Below are positions 43,599 to 53,310 of a stretch of DNA of 64,000 bases, piece after piece (the stretch's first letter is position 1; each line of letters opens with the position of its first letter). Source of the stretch: Betaproteobacteria bacterium (GTDB taxonomy: Bacteria; Pseudomonadota; Gammaproteobacteria; Burkholderiales; Rhodocyclaceae); the NCBI GenBank assembly GCA_004295105.1, contig SHNC01000215.1:71879-135878 (forward strand), written 5' to 3'. The notes beneath the pieces were generated by a model. That model was not told where the DNA came from. It ran no database searches and worked only from the letters and a program-made list of their open reading frames with translations. The translations under genes were made by a program, and so were the position numbers.

Positions 43599-44099
43599 CT
43601 AACGGACGACGACGGTGCCGATCATGCCGGCCTGGAAGTGCCTGGGAATCAGGCATGCGAATTGGAACTCGCCCGGGCGGTTGAAGCACCAGATCGTTTC
43701 CCCCCGCCCGCCCGGACGGACATGCGCCATCCAGGGTTCGTCATGCTCCATTTCCGGAAACCGCTCCATCATCTCGGCATGCTCCTTGAGCGCTTCCGGC
43801 GTGCCGATGACCATCTCGTGCATGACTGCGCCGCGATTGTGGTGGGAGAAGCGGATTGTCTCGCCCAGCCGTACCTCGATGCGGTCCGGCGTGAAACGCA
43901 TCTCATCGGTCATCTCAAGCGGTATCGTGCGGCTGACATCCTTTGCTTCACCGGCGATGCCCCAGGGCTGCTGCTCCTTTTCAACCGGAACCCGCTTGCT
44001 GCCCGCGTGTGCCGCATCACCATGGGCGAAGGCGCGGCGGTGCAAGGCGAATACGCCGGCCGCCAAACCTGCGGCGAGAAAACGTCGACGACTTTTCAT
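43599..44099 (-). CDS. Periplasmic cupredoxin (CopI/plastocyanin-like) with a Tat-like signal
   Basis: SRRRFL; MRFTP...HEMVIG...FACLIPRHFQAGM. Confidence 0.88.
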   Translation of the reverse strand: MKSRRRFLAAGLAAGVFALHRRAFAHGDAAHAGSKRVPVEKEQQPWGIAGEAKDVSRTIPLEMTDEMRFTPDRIEVRLGETIRFSHHNRGAVMHEMVIGTPEALKEHAEMMERFPEMEHDEPWMAHVRPGGRGETIWCFNRPGEFQFACLIPRHFQAGMIGTVVVR

Positions 44100-44162
44100 G
44101 GGAATCTCCATCTCGGTTGGGATTGCGTTGTTGTCATATGAACCATGCGGCCCGCCGGCCGC

Positions 44163-45566
44163 TCAGTGGGCCGGGTGTCCGCCCGGTTTTCGTACCTGCA
44201 TTTCGACGCTGGCGGCCGCGTTCCCGCGGGGCATGCTCGAGGAGCCCGCCGCATCGCTGCGAGCGGGTTCAGGCAGCGCTGCGCCCGCCCACTCGTAGGC
44301 CACCGTTCCTTTCGGATGCTTGAACCAGCCCGGGTCGCGGTAGTCCCCACGCTTCTGGTCACGACGCACCTTCAGCACGGTGAACATGCCGCCCATCTCC
44401 ACCGCGCCGAACGGGCCCTGGCCGGTCATCATCGGCAGCGTGTTGTCGGGCAGCGGCATCTCCATCTCGCCCATGTCGGCCATGCCGCGCTCACCCATCA
44501 CCATGTAGTCGGGCACCAGCTTCTGGAGGTTCTCGACCAGCCCACGGTGGTCGACGCCGATCATGGTCGGCACGTCGTGCCCCATCGCGTTCATCGTGTG
44601 ATGGGACTTGTGGCAGTGCATCGCCCAGTCGCCTTCCTCGTCGGCGATGAACTCGACCTGGCGCATCTGGCCGACGGCGATGTCGGTGGTCACTTCCGGC
44701 CAGCGCGACTCAGGGCGCGTCGGCCCACCATCGGTGCCGGTGACCTCGAACTCGTGGCCGTGGATGTGGATCGGGTGGTTGGTCATCGTCAGGTTGCCGA
44801 TGCGCACCCGCACGCGGTCGCCTTTGCGGACGTTGAGCGAGTCGATGCCGGGGAAGGCGCGGCTGTTCCAGGTCCACAGGTTGAAGTCGAGCATGGTGTT
44901 GACCTTGGGCACGTAACTGCCCGGCTCGATGTCGTAGGCATTGAGCAGGAAGCAGAAGTCGCGATCGACGCGCGCGATGTGCGGATGCGCCTCGCGCGGG
45001 TGGGTGACCCAGAAGCCCATCATGCCCATCGCCATCTGCGTCATCTCGTCGGCGTGCGGGTGGTACATGAAGGTGCCGGGGCGGCGTGCGACGAACTCAT
45101 AGACGAAGGTCTTCCCCGGCGGGATCTGCGGCTGGTTGAGGCCACCGACGCCGTCCATGCCGTTGGGCAGGCGCTGGCCGTGCCAGTGGATGGTGGTGTG
45201 CTCGGGCAGGCGGTTGGTGACGAAGAGGCGCACGCGGTCGCCTTCGACCACCTCGATCGTCGGCCCCGGCGACTGGCCGTTGTAGCCCCACAGCCGCGCC
45301 ACCATGCCGGGGGCGATCTCGCGCTCTACCGGTTCGGCGACGAGGTGGAACTCCTTGACGCCGTTCTTCATGCGCCAGGGGGCGGTCCAGCCGTTCAAGG
45401 TGACGACCGGGTCGTAGGGGCGGCCATTGGGCGGACTCAGCGGGGCCGCCGTTGCAGCGCTGGACTGGATCACGGGTTCGGGCAGCGCGGCGAGTGCGGC
45501 GCGGCTGACGGTTCCGGCGGCGGCCAAGAGGCCCGCCCCGGCGAGGAAGCTGCGTCGGGTGGTCAT
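44163..45566 (-). CDS. Tat-exported multicopper oxidase
   Basis: TRRSFL; HWHG, MYHPH, HPIHIHGH, HCHKSHH. Confidence 0.95.
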   Translation of the reverse strand: MTTRRSFLAGAGLLAAAGTVSRAALAALPEPVIQSSAATAAPLSPPNGRPYDPVVTLNGWTAPWRMKNGVKEFHLVAEPVEREIAPGMVARLWGYNGQSPGPTIEVVEGDRVRLFVTNRLPEHTTIHWHGQRLPNGMDGVGGLNQPQIPPGKTFVYEFVARRPGTFMYHPHADEMTQMAMGMMGFWVTHPREAHPHIARVDRDFCFLLNAYDIEPGSYVPKVNTMLDFNLWTWNSRAFPGIDSLNVRKGDRVRVRIGNLTMTNHPIHIHGHEFEVTGTDGGPTRPESRWPEVTTDIAVGQMRQVEFIADEEGDWAMHCHKSHHTMNAMGHDVPTMIGVDHRGLVENLQKLVPDYMVMGERGMADMGEMEMPLPDNTLPMMTGQGPFGAVEMGGMFTVLKVRRDQKRGDYRDPGWFKHPKGTVAYEWAGAALPEPARSDAAGSSSMPRGNAAASVEMQVRKPGGHPAH

Positions 45567-45583
45567 GAACGTCTCCGGAAAGC

Positions 45584-46996
45584 TCAGTGGCCACCGCCGG
45601 CTTCTGCCGGCGATGCGCCCGATTGAAGGGTGAGCGGTGCGATCGGCTGGCCGAGCAGGCTCGCCTTCAGCGCCGCTTCGGCACGCCAGAAGTCGCCCTC
45701 GGCTTCTATTGCCTGCACCGAACTCGTGACCTGCGCGCGCGCCTCGGCAAGGAGGTCGAAGACTCCAATTAACATGCCGTTGTATTGGAGTACCGACTCT
45801 TCGACGATATTGCGACGTAGCGGCACAATCTCGTCGCGGTAGTGGCGCGCCAGGTCGTAGGCGCTGCGATAGGCGTCATACGCCGTGCGCACATGCGAAC
45901 TGGCATTGCGGGCGACATTGACCGTGCGATTGAACGCGGCCAGATAACGCGCTTCGCCTCCAGCGCGGGACGCGTCGCCGAAGTCGAACAGCGGCAGCGG
46001 AAGTTCGACCTCGAAGCCACGCTGCGTCGGCTTGCCGGTTTCGCTGTTGCTCACCCCCGATACATGCAGCCCATTGACCACGCTGGTCACGCGCGTAAGC
46101 CCAAGGTCCTTCGCCGTCCGCTCCAGATCAGCCCGGGCGATACGCAGGTCAAGCCGCTCCTCCAGCAGTGTCTTCCCGGCGGCACCTTCATCCATGGGCG
46201 CCTTCGGCAACTCGGGTAGGCGCTCTGGCAGATTGAGGGCCGTGGCCTGAACCGGCGTCAGGCCAAGGCGCCGCACGAGTGCCTCGCGCGCGGCGGTCGC
46301 ATTCTGCCGGGCCCGAATCAGGGCCGCCGCGGACTCGGCCGCCAGGGCCTGCTCGCGCGCGCGCTGCAGGCGGCTGAAATTGCCGGTCGCCTGCATGCGT
46401 CGCGCCAGTTCCGCGCTCGTGCCCGTGGCCATGGCCACGTCCTCGCGATAACGGGCGACCTGGCGTGCGGCGACGGCGTCGATCCAGGCCTGGCGCACCT
46501 CGGTGACGGTGTTCAGAAGCGCGCTCGACGCCTGTAGCCGCGTCTGCTGCTGCCGGTACTCCGCGCGCTCCAGCCTGGCCGGCAATAACAGAAGGTCGAG
46601 CAGGGAAACGCTCAAAACGCGTCCGATATCAAGGTCGCGCTCGCCTCCGCCCGAGCGATACAGATGCTCGAAGCTGAACACTGGATTGGCGATGCGTCCC
46701 GACTGCGTCGCATCCGCTGACGCGGTGGCCGCCTCCGCCAGCAGGACCTGGAAGCCCGGGCTGTAACCGAGCGCGATGCGTACCGCATCCTCCATCTGCA
46801 AGGGCTGGGCAAGCAGGCGGTCGACTTCGCTGCCCACCGCCTCGCGCTCCGTATCCGAGCGGAGCCAGCGCACTTCGCTCCCGGTCTGCTCGCGTGCGAA
46901 ACGCTGTACCTCACTAAAGTTGTCGTTGACAGCGACGCTGGCGCAGCCGCTGAGGACAGCAGCGGCAATGAGGGAAAGCGGAAGCGCGAATCTCAC
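45584..46996 (-). CDS. TolC-family lipoprotein of the copper oxidase operon
   Basis: Lipobox LSGC; IANP; ELPLPLFDFG; LQYNGMLIGVFDLL; GTG start. Confidence 0.88.
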   Translation of the reverse strand: MRFALPLSLIAAAVLSGCASVAVNDNFSEVQRFAREQTGSEVRWLRSDTEREAVGSEVDRLLAQPLQMEDAVRIALGYSPGFQVLLAEAATASADATQSGRIANPVFSFEHLYRSGGGERDLDIGRVLSVSLLDLLLLPARLERAEYRQQQTRLQASSALLNTVTEVRQAWIDAVAARQVARYREDVAMATGTSAELARRMQATGNFSRLQRAREQALAAESAAALIRARQNATAAREALVRRLGLTPVQATALNLPERLPELPKAPMDEGAAGKTLLEERLDLRIARADLERTAKDLGLTRVTSVVNGLHVSGVSNSETGKPTQRGFEVELPLPLFDFGDASRAGGEARYLAAFNRTVNVARNASSHVRTAYDAYRSAYDLARHYRDEIVPLRRNIVEESVLQYNGMLIGVFDLLAEARAQVTSSVQAIEAEGDFWRAEAALKASLLGQPIAPLTLQSGASPAEAGGGH

Positions 46997-47313
46997 GGTT
47001 TCGCTCCCGGTTGGGCAGCATTCGGCGTGCGGGCTTGCCGCAGGTGACCGATGTGGCCACCCAGGCGCTCGACCTCGTCATTAACGTCGCGCCAAGGACG
47101 CATGGGTTCGTCCGCCTGATAGCGACGATAGGCCTCAAGAGGTGATCGATAGGCAGGCAGGGGAGGCCGATCGGTCTGATCGCGTTGATCTCCCCTTTGT
47201 TGGGTGTCCGTGACCGGTGGTCCGTACCGCGATTCGGTCGCCTGTGCGCCAAACGCCAGGCTGAGCCCAAGCCCGACGCTAGCGCCGAAAAGCAGCATGC
47301 TGTTTCTCTTCAT
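46993..47313 (-). CDS. Exported hypothetical protein of the copper oxidase operon
   Basis: Signal peptide; YRSPLEAYRRY...WRDVNDEVERLGGH. Confidence 0.75.
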   Translation of the reverse strand: MKRNSMLLFGASVGLGLSLAFGAQATESRYGPPVTDTQQRGDQRDQTDRPPLPAYRSPLEAYRRYQADEPMRPWRDVNDEVERLGGHIGHLRQARTPNAAQPGAKP

Positions 47314-47390
47314 GGGGATCACTCGCTCGTTATTTTTCGTCGTCGCGCTCGGGAGGCGTGCGCGAAGTCACTCCGCCTCCCGGCGGCGGG

Positions 47391-47858
47391 TTAATTCGGG
47401 GCGGGCTGGGCCGGCGCCGACTGTGTGCCCATCATTTGTTCCATCATCTTCATATGCTGCTGCATGAGCCTCATGTGCTCGTTCATGACCTTGGGATCCA
47501 TCATCATGCCGCCCATCGACCCGGGAGCACCGGTCGGACCGCGCGCGCCCTTCATCTGTCCACCCATGGGGCCGGCCATCGGCCCGCTCATCGGGCACCC
47601 CGCAGACGTCGCCTTCGAAGCGGCATCGAGGGCCTGGATCTGCTCCTCCATCAACGCCATGCGGCGTTCCGGATCGGTGGTTTCTCGAATCGATTTCATG
47701 CGCGCCTGAAGGGCCGGCACGCTGGCGGCCGGCGACCAAGCCTGGGCCTGACGAGTTGCCGTTGGGGTGCCCTGAGCGAACACCGGCCCGGCAAGCAAGG
47801 CGCCGGACAAGGCGAGCACCGGCATGACGCCAGCCAGAACGTGCAGATTGCGTTTCAT
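47391..47858 (-). CDS. Met-rich exported protein (putative Cu(I)/Ag(I) binder)
   Basis: Signal peptide; about 20 Met, concentrated in GPM repeats and a C-terminal HMRLMQQHMKMMEQMM helix; GGAGG RBS. Confidence 0.75.
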   Translation of the reverse strand: MKRNLHVLAGVMPVLALSGALLAGPVFAQGTPTATRQAQAWSPAASVPALQARMKSIRETTDPERRMALMEEQIQALDAASKATSAGCPMSGPMAGPMGGQMKGARGPTGAPGSMGGMMMDPKVMNEHMRLMQQHMKMMEQMMGTQSAPAQPAPN

Positions 47859-47948
47859 GATCGACCTCCGAGTGAATGGACGTGACACGACGATGGCAGG
47901 ACAGATCCAGCCATCTGGCAATCTTGCTCGCACCCGCCTGTCCCCAAG

Positions 47949-47975
47949 CTGACCGTCGGATTACATTTCTGTAAT
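47949..47975. promoter_or_regulatory. CopR-type box in the divergent promoter region
   Basis: CTGAC-N6-ATTAC-atttc-TGTAAT. Confidence 0.75.
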
Positions 47976-48043
47976 CCTGTAATCCGGCCTATACCCCGAG
48001 GCAAACTTGAAACCTGTTACGGGCTTCATTAGGTTGGGCTGCC

Positions 48044-48724
48044 ATGAAAATCCTCATCGTCGACGACGAGCTGAAGACGGGTGAGTACCTGCGCCAAGGC
48101 TTGGCCGAGGCCGGTTTCGTCGTTGATCTTGCGCGCGACGGCCTCGATGGTCTGCACTTGGCCTTGAACGGCACCTACCACCTGATCGTGCTCGACGTGA
48201 TGCTTCCCTCCCTGGACGGCTGGGGCGTGCTTCAAGCCCTGCGCCGCAACGGATGCGAAACGCCAGTGCTGTTTCTGACCGCACGCGATCAGGTCGAGGA
48301 CCGCGTGCGCGGACTCGAACTGGGCGCGGACGACTACCTCGTCAAACCCTTTGCGTTCTCCGAACTGCTGGCGCGGGTGCGGACACTGCTGAGGCGCGGA
48401 CGCAGCCATGAGCCCGACGTGCTGCGTTCGTCGAATCTGGAACTGGATCTGCTGAGGCGCCGCGTGACGCGCTGCGGCCAGCGCGTCGACCTCACCGCCA
48501 AGGAGTTCGCGCTGCTCGAGCTGCTGCTGCGTCGCCAGGGAGAGGTGCTGCCCCGTTCCTTGATCGCGTCGCAGGTGTGGGATATGAATTTCGACAGCGA
48601 CACCAACGTGATCGAGGTTGCGGTGCGCCGCCTGCGGGCCAAGGTCGACGACCCCTTCGATCCGAAACTGATCCGCACGGTGCGAGGCATGGGTTACGTG
48701 CTCGAGGCCGTGGAGCCGGCTTGA
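48044..48724 (+). CDS. copR: Copper response regulator (CopR/CusR)
   Basis: [44 protein letters not shown]; adjacent to the cop genes. Confidence 0.88.
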   Translation: MKILIVDDELKTGEYLRQGLAEAGFVVDLARDGLDGLHLALNGTYHLIVLDVMLPSLDGWGVLQALRRNGCETPVLFLTARDQVEDRVRGLELGADDYLVKPFAFSELLARVRTLLRRGRSHEPDVLRSSNLELDLLRRRVTRCGQRVDLTAKEFALLELLLRRQGEVLPRSLIASQVWDMNFDSDTNVIEVAVRRLRAKVDDPFDPKLIRTVRGMGYVLEAVEPA

Positions 48725-48726
48725 CG

Positions 48727-50133
48727 ATGATCCGCTCATTGTCCCTGACGGCCCGGCTCACGCTGCTCTTCGCAGCGCTGACGGCAAGCCTGCTGATCGC
48801 CGCGGGGATCGTTCTGGGGCGCGCCCTCGATGCCCATTTCCGCGAACTGGACCTGCACGAGCTGCATGGCAAGCTCACGCTGATCCGCAACCTGCTGGAG
48901 CACAGAACCGCCGAGACCACGCCGTCCGACCTGTTTGTGCGGTTGGATGACTCCTTTGTCGGCCACGACAGTGTGGGGGTGCTGTTGCGTGGGAGCGATG
49001 GCCAGGTTCTGCACGTCATCCGTCGCGAGCATTTCGATGACGCGCTTCTGGCCGGCACTCCACCGACTGAAGGAGTGCGCCAGTGGTCAGTCGGCGGGCG
49101 GCCGCACATCGGCCTTGCGGCAGGTGTTGCCTTGCCGACCGATGGTTCGCGCCAGCAGGACGTTCAGCTCCTCATCGCGCTGGACCCCTCGCACCACAGC
49201 CAGTTCCTGGTCTCGGTCCGGCGCGTATTGTGGGCGGGTATCGCGCTTGGCGCATTGCTGGCCGGCTTCGTCGGCTGGTTCGCCGCGCACCGGGGGTTGG
49301 CCCCGCTGCGGAGGGTCAGCGCCACGGCGCGCGACCTGTCGGCCCAGCGCCTCGATGAACGCCTGCACGAGGGGGACGCGCCGCCGGAGGTGCGCGAACT
49401 GGTCGACGCCTTCAACGCCATGCTCGAACGACTGCAAGCGGCCTTTCAGCGCCTGGCGGACTCTTCCGCGGACATCGCCCATGAATTGAGGACACCGATC
49501 TCGAACCTGATGACGCAGACCGCGGTCGCGCTGTCGAAGCCCCGCAGCGCCGACGAGTACCGCGACGTGCTGGCGTCGAATCTCGAGGAGTACGAGCGCA
49601 TCGCGCGCATGGTGGGCGACATGCTGTTCCTGGCGAAGGCCGAGGAGAACAGCCTGGCGCATGACAATGAACTCATCGACCTCACCGACGAAGCCCGTGC
49701 GCTGGCCGATTTCTACGAGGCGCTGGCCGAAGAACATGGGGTGCACATCGTGTGCCACGGCCACGCCAGGGTGCGCGGCGATCGCCTGATGCTGCGGCGG
49801 GCGCTGTCGAATCTGTTGTCCAACGCCCTGCGACACACCCCCGAAGGCGGCCGGATCGAGATTGCCATCGAAGCCCTGGAGAGTCAGGTCAAGCTCGCGG
49901 TACGCAACATTGGGGACCCAATTCAGCCCGACCAGCTTGAACGCATCTTCGAGCGCTTCCATCGCGGCAGCGACAAACGCGAACGCCATGGGGAAGGCGC
50001 CGGGCTGGGGTTGGCGATCACGCGTTCGATCGTGCGCGCTCATGGTGGCGAGATCGCGGCCGACTCGTCGCACGGCGTGACCACCTTCACGATCACATTG
50101 CCGTTGCCACCCGACGGGCAACAGGCTTCGTGA
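48727..50133 (+). CDS. copS: Copper sensor histidine kinase (CopS/CusS)
   Basis: SLTARLTLLF, HF...DLHEL, AHELRTP, NLLSNA, GLGLAI. Confidence 0.88.
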   Translation: MIRSLSLTARLTLLFAALTASLLIAAGIVLGRALDAHFRELDLHELHGKLTLIRNLLEHRTAETTPSDLFVRLDDSFVGHDSVGVLLRGSDGQVLHVIRREHFDDALLAGTPPTEGVRQWSVGGRPHIGLAAGVALPTDGSRQQDVQLLIALDPSHHSQFLVSVRRVLWAGIALGALLAGFVGWFAAHRGLAPLRRVSATARDLSAQRLDERLHEGDAPPEVRELVDAFNAMLERLQAAFQRLADSSADIAHELRTPISNLMTQTAVALSKPRSADEYRDVLASNLEEYERIARMVGDMLFLAKAEENSLAHDNELIDLTDEARALADFYEALAEEHGVHIVCHGHARVRGDRLMLRRALSNLLSNALRHTPEGGRIEIAIEALESQVKLAVRNIGDPIQPDQLERIFERFHRGSDKRERHGEGAGLGLAITRSIVRAHGGEIAADSSHGVTTFTITLPLPPDGQQAS

Positions 50134-50176
50134 GCCGCGAACCACGCCGCCCTCAGCGACGGGGATACGGGCCAAG

Positions 50177-50203
50177 ATTACAGAATCGTAATCAGCCGGT
50201 CAG
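50177..50203. promoter_or_regulatory. CopR-type box upstream of the DUF411 gene
   Basis: Minus strand CTGAC-N6-ATTAC-gattc-TGTAAT. Confidence 0.7.
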
Positions 50204-50263
50204 CCTGGCGTCGGGGTCGACCTGCCACACTTTCCATCAGACACATCGACTGGAGAAATTGCC

Positions 50264-50710
50264 ATGACGTTGTTGAAACCCGTGCTTCGATCCGTACTGC
50301 TTGGCCTGGCAATCGTTGCCGGCGGCGCCACTGCGCAAGCCAGCCCCAAAGTCGAAGTGTTCAAGAGTCCTTACTGCGGCTGCTGCGGGAAGTGGGTCGA
50401 GCATCTGCGCAAGAGCGGCTTCGACGTCGTGACGAAGGATGTCGATAACGTCCCGGCCGCAAGGGCGTCGCTCGGAATGCCCGACCGCTTTGCGTCTTGT
50501 CATACGGCCAAGGTCGGGCCGTACTCCATCGAAGGTCACGTCCCCGCCGACGACATCCGACGCCTTATCTCCGAGTCTCCAAAGGCAGTAGGACTGGCTA
50601 CGCCGGGCATGCCGCAGGGTTCGCCCGGAATGGAGACCTCGACCCCACAACCCTATGAGACGCTTCTAGTCGGACTTGACAGAAGCGCGACGATTTTTGC
50701 CCGACACTGA
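50264..50710 (+). CDS. DUF411 (CopG-like) periplasmic metal-binding protein
   Basis: CGCC, SCHTA, IEGHVPA, PGMPQGSPGME. Confidence 0.92.
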   Translation: MTLLKPVLRSVLLGLAIVAGGATAQASPKVEVFKSPYCGCCGKWVEHLRKSGFDVVTKDVDNVPAARASLGMPDRFASCHTAKVGPYSIEGHVPADDIRRLISESPKAVGLATPGMPQGSPGMETSTPQPYETLLVGLDRSATIFARH

Positions 50711-50773
50711 GGGCCCGTTCGGCGAGCGACAGCCCTGGGGACGTCTTTCCGGCACCCTTAACCTGAACTCGCT

Positions 50774-51016
50774 CTATGGCTGGTTGCGAAGCTCACCGGT
50801 CATATCGATGACCGCATTGTGGAGAAAGCGAGGGGCTGCTGATTGGCCGGATTGCGACAACTCCAGGCCCGAGAGATTGCGCCGGACAACGGTCATCGGC
50901 AGCCAGCCAAACTCCTCGTCAACACGCGCCCGCTCTGGGTGCAGGGGTCGGCGGTTGCCGGTACGGGGCGGCTCAGGACGTGCTGGAGATGGGCGTGAGC
51001 GCGCGGTGAGAGCCAC
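50774..51016 (-). other. Possible small ICE backbone ORF or remnant at the cargo junction
   Basis: 80-aa ORF co-oriented with the backbone directly after DUF3085; no recognisable motif. Confidence 0.3.
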
Positions 51017-51067
51017 GGCGCCAGGAAATGAGGCGCCCCCGGAGCGGGGGCTGGGAATGCGGGACGG

Positions 51068-51432
51068 TCAGATGCCGTTTCGCGTCCGCACAACGGCCCG
51101 CAGCGACAGGTGCGCTGCCGTGGCAGACACCTAGAGGTCGCCATCGTCGCTTAGGATGAGTGCGAAGACGCCATGCGCGGATCGAAGAACTCACCAAAAT
51201 CATCGCCACCGAACTCGGCGCGCGCCAGCTCCCACCAGTCGTCGAACGCATCGATATCCGGATTGCAGCACACTGCGTATGCGACGAGCCTCTGGCGTCC
51301 ATCGGGCCGATGTTCGTCACGCCGGGCCAGGAAGGACACGCCCTGGTCCTTGACCACGACGACGCGGCATCGGTTGACCGCCGCCTCGGAAAGCACGGGC
51401 GGTAGGTCGGTGCCCTTGCATCGAAAAGACAT
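51068..51432 (-). pseudogene. DUF3085 family protein, frameshifted and with an in-frame stop
   Basis: MSFRCKGTDL...VKDQGV...CNPDIDAFDDWWELARAEFGGDDFGEFFDP; the expected tail DGVFALILSDDGDL*VSATAAHLSL is in another frame and contains TAG. Confidence 0.8.
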
Positions 51433-51497
51433 GAATGTGATCTCCAGGGAGCGGATTGAGGAACCTCCCGCCGGGTGAGCGGGAGGCTTCGTGGCGG

Positions 51498-52295
51498 TCA
51501 GTGCCGAACAGACTTGCGACCGGACAGGCATTGCACGCGGATGCGCCGCCAGCTCCCGTCGTCGATGAGACGTTCCAAGGTCTCGCCAAGAGCGTCAAAG
51601 AACACTTCATCGACCCGTTCGACCAGCTCGCCGTCACGGTGCAATTCCACCGAATAAAGGTCGAGCCCGCGCCTGTACTGGACAGCGACCCGCCCTTGGA
51701 ACTTTGCCGTGACCACCGTGAAGGCGATGGTCGGTGGAGTCGCGATGATGTCCTTGGGCAGCGGATCGACCCAGGTGAAATCACGCGCGCCGGCATCCAC
51801 GAGCAGATGGGTGATGCGCCGATAGCCGTCTGGAGCGGGCAACTGTTCCATCTGCTGAATCAGGTCCTGCAGCTCGGGACAGCGGGGTTCCGGGATCGGC
51901 AGCTTGGCCGGCGCGGAACCGAGCACGAACCGCTGAACCTTGTACGGCTTGCCGTCGGCAGTGAACTCGGTGTGCTCCTCGGGCGTGTCCGCCCGCTGAC
52001 CGTCGAAGCGGCGTCTGGCATAGGGTTCAACCTGCACCTTGGCCCCCTCGTCGGGCACTTCGGTCACGAGCGTCCGATCGAGCACCGCGAACTCGGCCCG
52101 CCCCGTCTTGACGACGATGGCCTCGTCGGTGGCGACGACGACCCTGCCCTCGAAAGGCTTTGGGTCGATATGAAAGCCCAGGGTCGAAACCTTGGGCTGG
52201 CCGTCGAAGACGCTGAACTTGAACGAACGGACGTTGGAAGGCAGATGACCGACAACAAGCGTTGGCATCTGGGCACGGATGGCTTGGGTATCCAT
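51498..52295 (-). CDS. Conserved ICE hypothetical protein (often mis-annotated as a GTPase)
   Basis: MDTQAIRAQMP...IDPKPFEG...PYARRRFDG...RITHLLVDAGA; AAGGAG RBS; no P-loop visible. Confidence 0.82.
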   Translation of the reverse strand: MDTQAIRAQMPTLVVGHLPSNVRSFKFSVFDGQPKVSTLGFHIDPKPFEGRVVVATDEAIVVKTGRAEFAVLDRTLVTEVPDEGAKVQVEPYARRRFDGQRADTPEEHTEFTADGKPYKVQRFVLGSAPAKLPIPEPRCPELQDLIQQMEQLPAPDGYRRITHLLVDAGARDFTWVDPLPKDIIATPPTIAFTVVTAKFQGRVAVQYRRGLDLYSVELHRDGELVERVDEVFFDALGETLERLIDDGSWRRIRVQCLSGRKSVRH

Positions 52296-52400
52296 GGGGA
52301 GACTCCTTGTGGCAACCAAGGGACTCCCGCCCGCAAAGGAGGTCGGTCCCTTGAGGGTGAGGTGGATGGACGCGGGTGCGCCCGGAGAACGAAACAACCA

Positions 52401-52473
52401 GCACAGCGAACCGCGCCACAGTCTTGAAGGTCTTGACTGCCTGGGCATGCTGCTGGCAACGCCAGCGAACATG
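52401..52473 (-). repeat. Structured leader element, copy B of 4
   Basis: Plus strand: gcacag-cgaa-ccgcgc, aCAGTC-ttgaaggtctt-GACTGc, ctggg, CATG-ct-GCTGGC-aac-GCCAGC-gaa-CATG. Confidence 0.8.
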
Positions 52474-52637
52474 CGGCCAGCGTGCGGCTCACGGCGGCGG
52501 GCGTCTGCCGGGAATCGGCAATCTGCCGAGACCGCGTTCCGCAGAAGTGGAGCACCGCGACGAGGGACATCGCCCCGAACGGGGACGCATGTCCCTCCTG
52601 GGGTGGCATGAACAGACGGTGGATTGCCAGGTGCGGC

Positions 52638-53030
52638 TCACCAGCCGGTGTAGTGCAGTGTGAGATCGGCGATGACCTTGCGCCGTTCCAGATCGAGACC
52701 GCCGAAGTCCGACAGCCCCTCAAAGCCGCAATGCTTGAGCATCGCACCGCCCTCGCGGGAGTTGTAGAAGCTCGCCATCGCCGACAGGAACATGCGTTGA
52801 CCGCTGCTCAGCACACCCAGGGCGTCGTTGAGCATCAGCATGTTGGGCCGCAGGTCCCACTTGGTGGTGGCACGCTGCAGACCATCGCGGGTACCGTCGC
52901 CGAACCACTCGTGGCCGGCGATCTGCGCGCCGCGCTTCCAGGCCTCGAAGAAGGCCTGCGGTGCAGCTTCTAAGTGCGCCTGTTCCAGCGCGATCTGATC
53001 GAGCACGTCTTTGGGCAGAGACAGATTCAT
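52638..53030 (-). CDS. Conserved ICE hypothetical protein
   Basis: AFFEAWKRG...WFGDG...LSSGQRMFL...FYN...LDLERR; AAGGAG RBS. Confidence 0.8.
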   Translation of the reverse strand: MNLSLPKDVLDQIALEQAHLEAAPQAFFEAWKRGAQIAGHEWFGDGTRDGLQRATTKWDLRPNMLMLNDALGVLSSGQRMFLSAMASFYNSREGGAMLKHCGFEGLSDFGGLDLERRKVIADLTLHYTGW

Positions 53031-53235
53031 GAGAGGACTCCTTGAAGAATGGGGAATCAGGGGTGAGCGAACTACGTTCAGGCATGGGAATCCAGGGCGC
53101 GCTGTGCTGCGAGGTGGTTTGGGGAGCACGCATCCCGTAGGGGATGGGGTTTCCCTCGGGTGGTTGAAAAAGGGTGCATCGTCGCCAAGTCAGCGAGCGT
53201 CCGCGGTGGGCGATGCGAAGCGGACTGGATCGGTC

Positions 53236-53310
53236 AACGCGGCGAACCGCGTTGCAGTCTTGGAACCTGGACTGCCTGGGCATGCCACTGACAACTGTCA
53301 GCAACGCATG
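53236..53310 (-). repeat. Structured leader element, copy C of 4
   Basis: Plus strand: AACGCGG-cgaa-CCGCGTT, GCAGTC-ttggaacctg-GACTGC, ctggg, CATG-cca-CTGAC-aact-GTCAG-caacg-CATG. Confidence 0.8.

Noticed and set aside
43599-44099. Cupredoxin variant LIPRH instead of the usual LIPGH
   Set aside because: The Cys, His and Met ligands are intact; a single substitution is not evidence of new function.
51498-52295. GTPase annotation for this ICE protein
   Set aside because: No Walker A, DxxG or NKxD motifs visible.
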